Shown here: positions 29,363 through 40,164 of the stretch, piece by piece
Layout of the letters: every line of letters starts with the position of its first letter
Numbering within the stretch: the first letter of the stretch is position 1
Assembly (NCBI GenBank): GCA_951406725.2
Contig: OX597825.1
Location: 39,742,001 to 39,806,000, forward strand
Direction: 5' to 3'
Source of the DNA: Octopus vulgaris
Taxonomy: Eukaryota
Length of the DNA: 64,000 nucleotides
Made by a program: the position numbers and the translations under genes
The notes under the pieces: generated by a model
The model's input: only the letters and a program-made list of their open reading frames with translations
Told to the model about the DNA's origin: nothing
The model's database searches: none

Positions 29363-29386
29363 CATACACACATGCATCCACCTATA

Positions 29387-30230
29387 TACAGGGCGCAATG
29401 GGTAAATTGACACTAATTTGCATTCTTAATTTTGCGCATGCGCATTGTTATTTTTTATGTTGTCGACTACAGAGCATAGTAATGTCAGTTGAAAACAGTC
29501 TGTGAGAAATACAGCACAATGACGCAATTCACTTTGCCCTAAATTTTGAAAGGACATGCTGTATTGCTTCGCTTTCGCGCCTGAAGATCCAATACGAACA
29601 CTTCCGAGTATTTGGGAGTCAACTTGAGAACAGTCCAATGTGAGAACATGTGCCTTGAGTGGTAAAAATATCCAATAAAGAGCATGGTGTTTTGAGTGAT
29701 CACTAGTGATAGCGACCTTATGCCTCCATTCATGTTCCTACACGGCCTCACTCTCCACACAGAGGCCCATATCAAGTGACTGGAGGAAGTAGCGTTGCCC
29801 TTGATCAAGTGAGTGACTGCTGAATGACACTATGTCTGGCAACAGGATTCTGCAAGATGCCATACAAACAGGGGAACCAACTCATGGCTATCAGATAATT
29901 TCTGCGACCACATCACCCCTAATATCTAGCCGCATAACTCACTAGACTGCAACCCCATTCATTATTATGAGCGAGTGACCAAGAAAATTCCGTAAAATAC
30001 CGAAGATAAATTGAAGGCTAGGATTATGGTAGCATTCACCAACTTAAACAAGGAGATCGTCCAGTAAAGTTGCAGGAGATCCCAAAGTCCTCTGAGGCCG
30101 TGGTTGAAGTGAATGTCGATTTTATTGAATAAATGTACTTTTTAGTTTTAGATATTTTTATGGAGATTTGGTAAAGATAGCTGTTAAAATGAGATGTCAT
30201 GTCATTTACAAACTTGCGTAACTTCTTATA
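29387..30230 (+). mobile_element. Decayed Tc1/mariner-superfamily deletion derivative
   Basis: TA|CAGGG terminus; WQQDSARCHT at ~29837 and an S.DCNP-like motif at ~29940. Confidence 0.7.
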
Positions 30231-30479
30231 CATGTGTGTATATATATATATGTGTGTCTGTGTGTATATGTGTGTGCGCGTGTGTATTTATGTGCTAGTA
30301 TTTATGTGTTTGTCTTTGTGTCTGTGTTTATCTCTCCAACCCTAGTTGGTGTGTTTACGTCCCCGTAAACTAGTGCTACGGCCGAAGAACCGATAGAATA
30401 AAAGCCAAGCTTAGAAAGAATTAGTCCAGGAATCGTTTTCTGCGACTAACGCGTAACCTATGATCATTTTTATGGAACA

Positions 30480-30720
30480 CCAGCAATTGTCCATGCAACC
30501 AACATTTCCTCTCCACGCCACCGATGTTATTCAAGGGAAAAACAACGGCCGGTACAGCTTATCACCAATGATGTTGCAAGTCATTTCTACAGCTGAGTGA
30601 ACTGGAGCAACATGAAAAAAAGAGGCGTGCTCAAGAACACAACACGCAGCGCTATCCGGGAATCGAACTCAACCTCAAGATCGTAAGTTGGACACTAACC
30701 ACTGAGCTATATTCCTTCAT
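30480..30720 (-). mobile_element. tRNA-derived SINE (different family)
   Basis: ctggagcaa...gctcaagaacacaac central domain and gggaatcgaactc / taaccactgagc B- and A-box complements. Confidence 0.7.
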
Positions 30721-30737
30721 TATATACATACATACAA

Positions 30738-30823
<86 letters not shown>

Positions 30824-31125
30824 ATATATCGTGAATTATATTTGCCACTTAAATGTGGCTAACCTTTAAGGGTGGATGCTACTGTAGCTTGTTGTCCCAG
30901 GAGGACACCGCCTCCAGCGGGCTATTGACACACTTTTCTGTGCCCTATGAGTATTTGCAAAGGGAAACCATTCTTCCCGTATATATATATATATATATAT
31001 AACGGGAAGCTTTATGAAAATAGACAAAAGACGAAGGTAGGTTTACGGAAATAAAGAAAAGACGAAGGCAGGTGGAATACAAACAAACAATTGTATTAGT
31101 ATGGCTTTCAGGAAATATAAATAAA

Positions 31126-31196
<71 letters not shown>

Positions 31197-31197
<1 letters not shown>

Positions 31198-31928
31198 GAG
31201 GGCATTATTACACATACATGCCACACGCTAAGAGGGACATTAGTCATTTCTACCAAAAAATTTTACTAATCATACCCAATGCAATTTTTCAAAGCAAGAC
31301 ATTTAAAAAATGAATTTAGTCTTGTATCACCTGTGATTTCGTACTTACCGCAGTTGCGACCGTACTCATCAGCAAGACTGATTCTGAACATATCATAAAT
31401 AAACGACCTCGCACCGTCAAAGCCGAACAGCTATCTGTTCTACTCTAACGAAGCACATGGGGAAGTTTACATATAATACATCCGGTAAATGGCAGGCTTC
31501 TTCGAATTGCATTTCGGATAGGAAAAGTTTTTTTGGAATATAATTATTTAACAATTAAGGATAACTTCTTAATAAGGAATCTTAACAAGAAATTATCAGG
31601 TAGATAGCGTGAAAAACCTCATAAGAGAAAACATTTCGAAAATAATTCTTTCTTATTGAACATATTACTTTATATATAGAGGGCATTATTACACATACAT
31701 GCCACACGCTAAGAGGGACATTAGTCATTTCTACCAAAAAATTTTACTAATCATACCCAATGCAATTTTTCAAAGCAAGACATTTAAAAAATGAATTTAG
31801 TCTTGTATCATCTGTGATTTCGTACTTACCGCAGTTGCGACCGTACTCATCAGCAAGACTGATTCATGCTATCTACCTGATAATTTCTTGTTAAGATTCC
31901 TTATTAAGAAGTTATCTGTAATTGTTAA

Positions 31929-31935
<7 letters not shown>
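31197..31935 (-). mobile_element. 481-bp hammerhead-containing tandem repeat (1.4 units) with a short terminal inversion, in (TA)n
   Basis: Direct repeat 31197/31678; 31864-31935 is the reverse complement of ~31541-31612. Confidence 0.9.
31318..31379 (-). ncRNA. Type I hammerhead ribozyme, 481-bp family (second copy 31799-31860)
   Basis: Minus strand: agtcttg CTGATGA gtac...gtac GAAA tca-cagg-tga TA caagact; 7-bp stem I, canonical core. Confidence 0.88.
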
Positions 31936-32000
<65 letters not shown>

Positions 32001-32003
<3 letters not shown>

Positions 32004-33013
32004 TAATACTAAGTAATTAAGGGTTTAGCAACGAATTGCCTCACCAACACACCGAATTTAGAAATAGCAGTCAAATAGATATAGCTATTCCTTCTACTAA
32101 AAGGGGGATCTCAGTAAAAACACAGCACTTGAAAGGCAAACACAGACAGGTAAGAAAGAAAGAATGAAATGACGGCAATCCATCATACAATTTTAAGTTA
32201 CCTACGGACGTACGTTTCGAAATCAAGTTTTAGGAGAGCATAAGAATTAGAAAATTCTACTTTACCCAAACTTCTTTTCTCATCGGCGCAGGATACCACA
32301 ATTATGAATAATTATATATTAAATTTTGAGATACTAGAAGGCATTATCTCAACTCAGTGTCAGAGCGAGCCAAAGCATGACCAGTACCACGAAATTCAAA
32401 GTTTGAATGAAAGTTTGTGTCACCAGCCCCCTTCCACCCGCGTGTAGCCAAGACAAAATGCTGCGGTCATTTACTGGGATAAAATATGGTTATCAGTAAT
32501 AATAAAGGGTGAAATTAATTAATTTGGAATAATTATCAATTACACCAAGTAGATTTCGGCATGTAAAAGCCCCATTCGAGGAAAATTTAAGTAATACTAA
32601 GTAATTAAGGGTTTAGCAACGAATTGCCTCACCAACACACCGAATTTAGAAATAGCAGTCAAAGAGATATAGCTATTCCTTCTACTAAAAGGGGGATCTC
32701 AGTAAAGACACAGCACTTGAAAGGCAAACACAGACAGGTAAGAAAGAAAGAATGAAATGACGGCAATCCATCATACAATTTTAAGTTACCTACGGACGTA
32801 CGTTTCGAAATCAAGTTTTAGGAGAGCATAAGAATTAGAAGATTCTACTTTACCCAAACTTCTTTTCTCATCGGCGCAGGATACCACAATTATGAATAAT
32901 TGTATATTAAATTTTGAGATACTAGAAGGCATTATCTCAACTCAGTGTCAGAGTGAGCCAAAGCATGACCAGTACCACGAAATTCAAAGTTTGAATGAAA
33001 GTTTGTGTCACCA
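32001..33013 (-). mobile_element. 588-bp hammerhead-containing tandem repeat (1.7 units) in (TA)n
   Basis: Direct repeat 32001/32589 with few differences; (TA)n on both sides. Confidence 0.9.
32201..32292 (-). ncRNA. Type I hammerhead ribozyme, 588-bp family, CCGAUGA core (second copy 32789-32880)
   Basis: Minus strand: cctgcg CCGATGA gaaa...tttc GAAA cgtacg TC cgtagg; 6-bp stem I with one G-U pair, long stem II, GUC triplet. Confidence 0.85.
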
Positions 33014-34509
33014 TATATATATATATATATATATATATTACACATTTGTAGAAACACACACACAAATATATATATGATGGCAATCTTTTCTACCATGAGG
33101 AATAGGCGCACGGCATCTGCTAGCTATGTAAACCACACCTTAAATGAAGGTTTAAGTTCAAATTTACCTAATATATCTCATGTATGATGACGATGGCCTT
33201 TATCTTTGGCCTTTATCGTCTACTGCAGTTTTAGTTCCTCTTGCTTTGTTAAAAATGCGATCTGGATGAAGTTTCGCTATACCTCCCTCTATTCCTCGAC
33301 TCCCTAATTACTTGAATTTGTTCAGCAAATATCCTTACATAAATATATTTCAGTGTAGTTTTCCAAATTTCTTTGGAGTTCAATATTACAGGATTTCTGG
33401 CGGTCTCTTTCAGGAAACATCTGACATTTGTTGTGACGTGTACTTAGGAAAATTGTCTTTGTTAGAGACTTGAGACTATTTCCTTATTTGAATGCTCACT
33501 TTTCGACAAATCTTTGAAACTTCTTGGTAAATAACTTGATATTTTATCATCGTCATTACTTTTGTTTAACTCAAGTCTGATAATTGAAAGTAAACTATTT
33601 ATTTTAAATATAAACAACATTATAAATCATATAAACTTGATCATATAAACATGCATTGATCACAAAATTAATCTTTCAAGAAAAGAAAAGTTATATGAAA
33701 GAAATAAAAAAAAAATTAAAGAAGACTTAGATAGACGCTGTGAATATTTTCTGATAAATTACTATATTAGTAATAACGGATATACAGTAGAAATTATGGA
33801 CATTATAAGCAGACAGAGAAAAATGTAAAGAATGTGTGCATAACTTAATTAGTAAATTAATGTTATCAGTTGAGCCATTGAATTTAGCAATAGAATTTAC
33901 GTAATAGAAAAGTATAAAATCTTCAATTAAAGCTCTGATAGGATAGTACATTGATTTATATTGAAAACAAAAAACGCATTTAAGCTTCTAGAATATTCAT
34001 ATTGTAGCTCAGTAATACCTCAATATTTCTCATCTGAAGAACAATTACACTTTACAAATTAAAACAAAATAAATTTCTCTCGTTAAATCGAGGCAAAAGT
34101 ATGGGAAAAGAAACAGTAAATTTACATGACCCCCGTATTTTCGTTCCATTTCGTTATTTTAGATCTTGAATTATAATGTAATGTATTAACGTAATCACAA
34201 CCCCAAATCATACACACCCATATAATGAATGATCCAACTTTTAATTTCTTTGGTTGTTATAGGTGGATAGAGTAATAACATATCGCAAAATGTGTACACC
34301 TTTATACTGAACTCAAATAAATAAAAAAAAGAAAGATAACATATACAAATAAATAAGTAATACTGTAGAAAGAGTTGTGTTCCGCAAGTAGATAGATATT
34401 GATGACAGCGCAAAGAAAACCAAAAGCAGCAACTAGGTGAGTCAAAATCCCGCGGTAGATGTTGGCATGTCATTTCATATAAAACCTACTCTAGCAAATA
34501 GTGTGAGTA

Positions 34510-34747
34510 TATACTCTTTTACTCTCTTGACTCTTTTACTTGTTTCAGGCATTTGACTATTGTCATGCTGGAGCACTGCCTTTAGTCGAGCAAATCGACC
34601 CCAGGATTTATTATTTGTAAGCCTAGTACTCACAAGGCTTTGGTCGGCCCGAGACTATAGTAGAAGACACTTTCAGAAGGTGCCACGCAGTGGGACTGAA
34701 CCCGGAACCATATGGTTGCTAAGCAAGCTACTTACCACACTCCTATG

Positions 34748-34750
<3 letters not shown>
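34510..34750 (-). mobile_element. SINE (internally deleted)
   Basis: Tail cttttacttgtttcag..catgctggagcac and tRNA-like head gtgccacgcagtgggactgaacccgg. Confidence 0.75.
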
Positions 34751-34796
<46 letters not shown>

Positions 34797-34798
<2 letters not shown>

Positions 34799-35612
34799 AT
34801 CACAACAGTTTGATACAAATTCATTGGTAATCTTGAGATTCAAACGCGATACTAGTCGTCAGCCATTGAGAATTTGAATTACTGAACTTGAATGTTATTA
34901 AGGTAAGATAGGGTGGAATTGGACTAGAAAGGTCGGAAATGGTGTCGTGGTTTGATGTTGGTATATGAGTAACAGGTAATTGGAAAACACAGCATGGCGA
35001 ACACGAAATTGACAAAGTGGAGAACAGGAAATAGATTAGAAGCCGGTCAGGTTGTTGGGGGAGTAGGACGGGGCGGCATATGCAAGTATATAGTTCTATA
35101 TTGTGGGTGTGCAGACGTGCCCGTATACTTTTGCATGCATGTATGCGAATATGCGAATGTACATATGAATGAATAAGCATGTGTGTATGAGCCTATGTAC
35201 GTACATGTGTGTATAAGCGTGTGTATGTGTGTGCAGACGCGCGTGTGCGTACAGATTCACACATGGGTATCAATATACACATGCACGAAAAATTATATTA
35301 GAGTCTGTGCACACCCAGATATATACTAGCAAATGCCCCCCTCCTACTTACATCCAACAACCTGACCGACTAATAGTCTATTTCTTGTCCACGTGGTCAA
35401 TATTCTGCTCTCTATGCATTATTTTCCAACTAACATTTACCCATTTACCAACATAAAACCACGATATCGCATAACCTTCCTCGACCAATCGCAGATCACC
35501 TTACGGTAATAATAATCAACTTCTGTCTTCGAAATTCGAAATAGCTGACGACTAGCATCACGCTTCCACCTACAGCGTACAATCGAAATTGAATCAAGCT
35601 GTTGTGATCCAT
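34797..35612. repeat. Diverged ~270-bp inverted repeat flanked by (TA)n
   Basis: Arms ~34797-35065 / ~35335-35612 (ggatcacaacag / ctgttgtgatcc; ggtcaggttgttgg / ccaacaacctgacc). Confidence 0.8.
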
Positions 35613-35665
35613 TCATGTAACTTCCAATACACTGGTTGTATGCCTTTCTTTCGTTCGACCACTCA

Positions 35666-35718
<53 letters not shown>

Positions 35719-35721
<3 letters not shown>

Positions 35722-38700
35722 ATCAATATAGGGTGGCAAAAAAAAAATTTTGTAGAATTCTTTTGCCACCAGCGGCCTAGTGGGAAAAAATTAAATAGTC
35801 ATAAACCATTTTTAAGTTCAACATCACAATCAAGGAACGGCCATAATAGGCCATTCACCCACTAGAAATAACAGCCAAAAGCTTTAACCGCAAAATAACA
35901 TCAATTCCGTAAACCAGGAGAAAATTAAAAAACATTTACCCTGTAATTTCTTAGACGATGCACCGTTTCATCTACTGTTTAATGGTAAACTAACCTGATT
36001 AAATTAAATCAAGCCAATCTACCATAGGCCCTTAGATTCATCAGTAAGAAATAGCCAAGTCGGAACAGATATTTTTCACGAGGCATTCCCGTTGCTACCT
36101 CGGCAATATCTGACCTAAAATTTTCAAATCGTCGCACTCGCGCCAAATTTATCGGCAGCAAATAAATATAAGCCGCCGATTCCATTACGGAATTAACCAG
36201 AAAATTCATAATTAATCAATATAGGGTGGCAAAAAAAAAATTTGTAGAATTCTTTTGCCACCAGCGGCCTAGTGGGAAAAAATTAAATAGTCATAAACCA
36301 TTTTTAAGTTCAACATCACAATCAAGGAACGGCCATAATAGGCCATTCACCCACTAGAAATAACAGCCAAAAGCTTTAACCGCAAAATAACATCAATTCC
36401 GTAAACCAGGAGAAAATTAAAAAACATTTACCCTGTAATTTCTTAGACGATGCACCGTTTCATCTACTGTTTAATGGTAAACAAACCTGATTAAATTAAA
36501 TCAAGCCAATCTACCATAGGCCCTTAGATTCATCAGTAAGAAATAGCCAAGTCGGAACAGATATTTTTCACGAGGCATTCCCGTTGCTACCTCGGCAATA
36601 TCTGACCTAAAATTTTCAAATCGTCGCACTCGCGCCAAATTTATCGGCAGCAAATAAATATAAGCCGCCGATTCCATTACGGAATTAACCAGAAAATTCA
36701 TAATTAATCAATATAGGGTGGCAAAAAAAAAATTTTGTAGAATTCTTTTGCCACCAGCGGCCTAGTGGGAAAAAATTAAATAGTCATAAACCATTTTTAA
36801 GTTCAACATCACAATCAAGGAACGGCCATAATAGGCCATTCACCCACTAGAAATAACAGCCAAAAGCTTTAACCGCAAAATAACATCAATTCCGTAAACC
36901 AGGAGAAAATTAAAAAACATTTACCCTGTAATTTCTTAGACGATGCACCGTTTCATCTACTGTTTAATGGTAAACTAACCTGATTAAATTAAATCAAGCC
37001 AATCTACCATAGGCCCTTAGATTCATCAGTAAGAAATAGCCAAGTCGGAACAGATATTTTTCACGAGGCATTCCCGTTGCTACCTCGGCAATATCTGACC
37101 TAAAATTTTCAAATCGTCGCACTCGCGCCAAATTTATCGGCAGCAAATAAATATATGCCGCCGATTCCATTACGGAATTAACCAGGAAATTCATAATTAA
37201 TCAATATAGGGTGGCAAAAAAAAAAAAAAAATTTTGTAGAATTCTTTTGCCACCAGCGGCCTAGTGGGAAAAAAATTAAATAGTCATAAACAATTTTTAA
37301 GTTCAACATCACAATCAAGGAACGGCCATAATAGGCCATTCACCCACTAGAAATAACAGCCAAAAGCTTTAACCGCAAAATAACATCAATTCCGTAAACC
37401 AGGAGAAAATTAAAAAACAGTTACCCTGTAATTTCTTAGACGATGCACCGTTTCATCTACTGTTTAATGGTAAACTAACCTGATTAAATTAAATCAAGCC
37501 AATCTACCATAGGCCCTTAGATTCATCAGTAAGAAATAGCCAAGTCGGAACAGATATTTTTCACGAGGCATTCCCGTTGCTACCTCGGCAATATCTGACC
37601 TAAAATTTTCAAATCGTCGCACTCGCGCCAAATTTATCGGCAGCAAATAAATATAAGCCGCCGATTCCATTACGGAATTAACCAGAAAATTCATAATTAA
37701 TCAATATAGGGTGGCAAAAAAAAATTTTGTAGAATTCTTTTGCCACCAGCGGCCTAGTGGGAAAAAATTAAATAGTCATAAACCATTTTTAAGTTCAACA
37801 TCACAATCAAGGAACGCCCATAATAGGCCATTCACCCACTAGAAATAACAGCCAAAAGCTTTAACCGCAAAATAACATCAATTCCGTAAACCAGGAGAAA
37901 ATTAAAAAACATTTACCCTGTAATTTCTTAGACGATGCACCGTTTCATCTACTGTTTAATGGTAAACTAACCTGATTAAATTAAATCAAGCCAATCTACC
38001 ATAGGCCCATAGATTCATCAGTAAGAAATAGCCAAGTCGGAACAGATATTTTTCACGAGGCACTCCCGTTGCTACCTCGGCAATATCTGACGTAAAATTT
38101 TCAAATCGTCGCACTCGCACTATATTGATTAATTATGAATTTTCTGGTTAATTCCGTAATGGAATCGGCGGCTTATATTTATTTGCTGATGATAAATTTG
38201 GCGCGAGTGCGACGATTTGAAAATTTTAGGTCAGATATTGCCGAGGTAGCAACGGGAATGCCTCGTGAAAAATATCTGTTCCGACTTGGCTATTTCTTAC
38301 TGATGAATCTAAGGGCCTATGGTAGATTGGCTTGATTTAATTTAATCAGGTTAGTTTACCATTAAACAGTAGATGAAACGGTGCATCGTCTAAGAAATTA
38401 CAGGGTAAATGTTTTTTAATTTTCTCCTGGTTTATGGAATTGATGTTATTTTGCGGTTAAAGCTTTTGGCTGTTATTTCTAGTGGGTGAATGGCCTATTA
38501 TGGCCGTTCCTTGATTGTGATGTTGAACTTAAAAATGGTTTATGACTATTTAATTTTTTCCCACTAGGCCGCTGGTGGCAAAAGAATTCTACAAAATTTT
38601 TTTTTTGCCACCCTATATTGATTAATTATGAATTTTCTGGTTAATTCCGTAATGGAATCGGCGGCTTATATTTATTTGCTGCCGATAAATTTGGCGCGAG

Positions 38701-39013
38701 TGCGACGATTTGAAAATTTTAGGTCAGATATTGCCGAGGTAGCAACGGGAATGCCTCGCGAAAAATATCTGTTCCGACTTGGCTATTTCTTACTGATGAA
38801 TCTAAGGGCCTATGGTAGATTGGCTTGATTTAATTTAATCAGGTTAGTTTACCATTAAACAGTAGATGAAACGGTGCATCGTCTAAGAAATTACAGGGTA
38901 AATGTTTTTTAATTTTCTCCTGGTTTACGGAATTGATGTTATTTTGCGGTTAAAGCTTTTGGCTGTTATTTCTAGTGGGTGAATGGCCTATTATGGCCGT
39001 TCCTTGATTGTGA
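35719..39013. mobile_element. ~492-bp hammerhead-containing tandem array with internal inversion (retrozyme-like), flanked by (TA)n
   Basis: ~4.9 units ribozyme-minus (35719-38118), junction at 38119, ~1.8 units ribozyme-plus (38120-39013). Confidence 0.94.
38292..38398 (+). ncRNA. Type I hammerhead ribozyme, 492-bp family (also 38785-38891 on +; 35946-36052, 36438-36544, 36931-37037, 37431-37537, 37923-38029 on -)
   Basis: atttctta CTGATGA atcta[58-nt hairpin insert]tagat GAAA cgg-tgca-tcg TC taagaaat: perfect 8-bp stem I, canonical core, GUC. Confidence 0.93.
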
Positions 39014-39053
39014 TATATATATACATATATACACACATATATACATATACACA

Positions 39054-39137
<84 letters not shown>

Positions 39138-39138
<1 letters not shown>

Positions 39139-39331
39139 CCAAGAAACGGAATAAGAACGTAACGGACGAAATATGGACAGATAGACGATACAAAGATTGA
39201 CAGGAAAAGGCATGGCGGTTCATTCGTGAACCTCTATTCATCAGTGAAGCTTCCAGTTATGCTGTCTTTGTATCGTCTGTCTGTCCGTGTGTTTTTATTG
39301 TCGTCAGTTATTGCTTATTCCGTTTCTTGGA
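39138..39331. repeat. Short inverted-repeat (MITE-like hairpin) element next to (TA)n
   Basis: tccaagaaacggaataag..ggacagatagacgatacaaaga versus its reverse complement ending at 39331. Confidence 0.8.
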
Positions 39332-39532
39332 TTTATGTATACACATAACTGCGTACATACACCTTAGCTCACCTTCAAAGTTTGTATATATATACACGTG
39401 TGTCTATCTTTTAAATTTCTTTAGGTAACGTTAGGGTCATGTAATTAAAGCTCACATTTCATTACTCCGGCTATTAATGAGTATGAAATATTCCTAAATT
39501 CCATCCTGGTATAATTGTTATTAGTACTATTA

Positions 39533-40062
39533 TTCAGTGAGAGAGCAGCGCATGCCATCAAAGTGACACTGGGGTAAAATATACTAAGCCCAACATACCC
39601 ATCACGACTACCCGTCCAGCAAGGGTACGCAAGGCCCCTGCATCACAACCAATGTGCTCGACATGGTGATCTTATATGAATATAAACAGTGCATGTCCTT
39701 GCAGGTGGGGTTCAGTTAGAATTCTCGACAGGTCGAGTAACACATCCCACTCAAAATATCCATCAATAAAGGCTGTTTAAGAATAAGGTGATTTAATCAA
39801 TCACCAAACATTCCTTTCAACACATGGCTATGATGCTACCCCACTATTTATGCTCGTGATCAGAGATGCACATATCATCAGCCACTAAATGAAAATCTTA
39901 ACTGGTCAATGTGAAATAACTGACGAGCGAATGTGTGGTATTGAGTAGAATATTTGCATTAGGCGATCTGTTAAACCAAGACGAAAGAATGTAAATGAAA
40001 ACTCTTCTATTCAGTTAAGATTAGAAGCCATGATAGCCACTGCCTGGTACAGCATCAGGCCA
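39533..40062 (-). mobile_element. Second copy of the ~530-bp non-coding TAA-associated element
   Basis: Reverse complement of 11852-12380; minus-strand 3' end ...ctcactgaataatag; (ATT)n at 40071-40140. Confidence 0.75.
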
Positions 40063-40068
40063 TTACTG

Positions 40069-40108
<40 letters not shown>

Positions 40109-40164
40109 CATCATCATCATCATCATTATTATTATTACTACTTAAAAAGGATTGACGTAACTCT

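Noticed and set aside
18880-38760. A-to-I editing signature among repeat-unit variants
   Set aside because: Variants are of mixed types with no clear A-to-G excess on the ribozyme strand
36009-38828. Repeated 66-aa ORF (MNFLVNSVMES...) in the 492-bp array
   Set aside because: It overlaps the hammerhead and hairpins, has no known motif, and its conservation is explained by repeat identity; a small peptide cannot be fully excluded
17777-39013. CRISPR-like array or ordinary satellite interpretation of the tandem repeats
   Set aside because: There are no unique spacers; low copy number, ribozyme cores, inversions and defined TA junctions argue against a simple satellite
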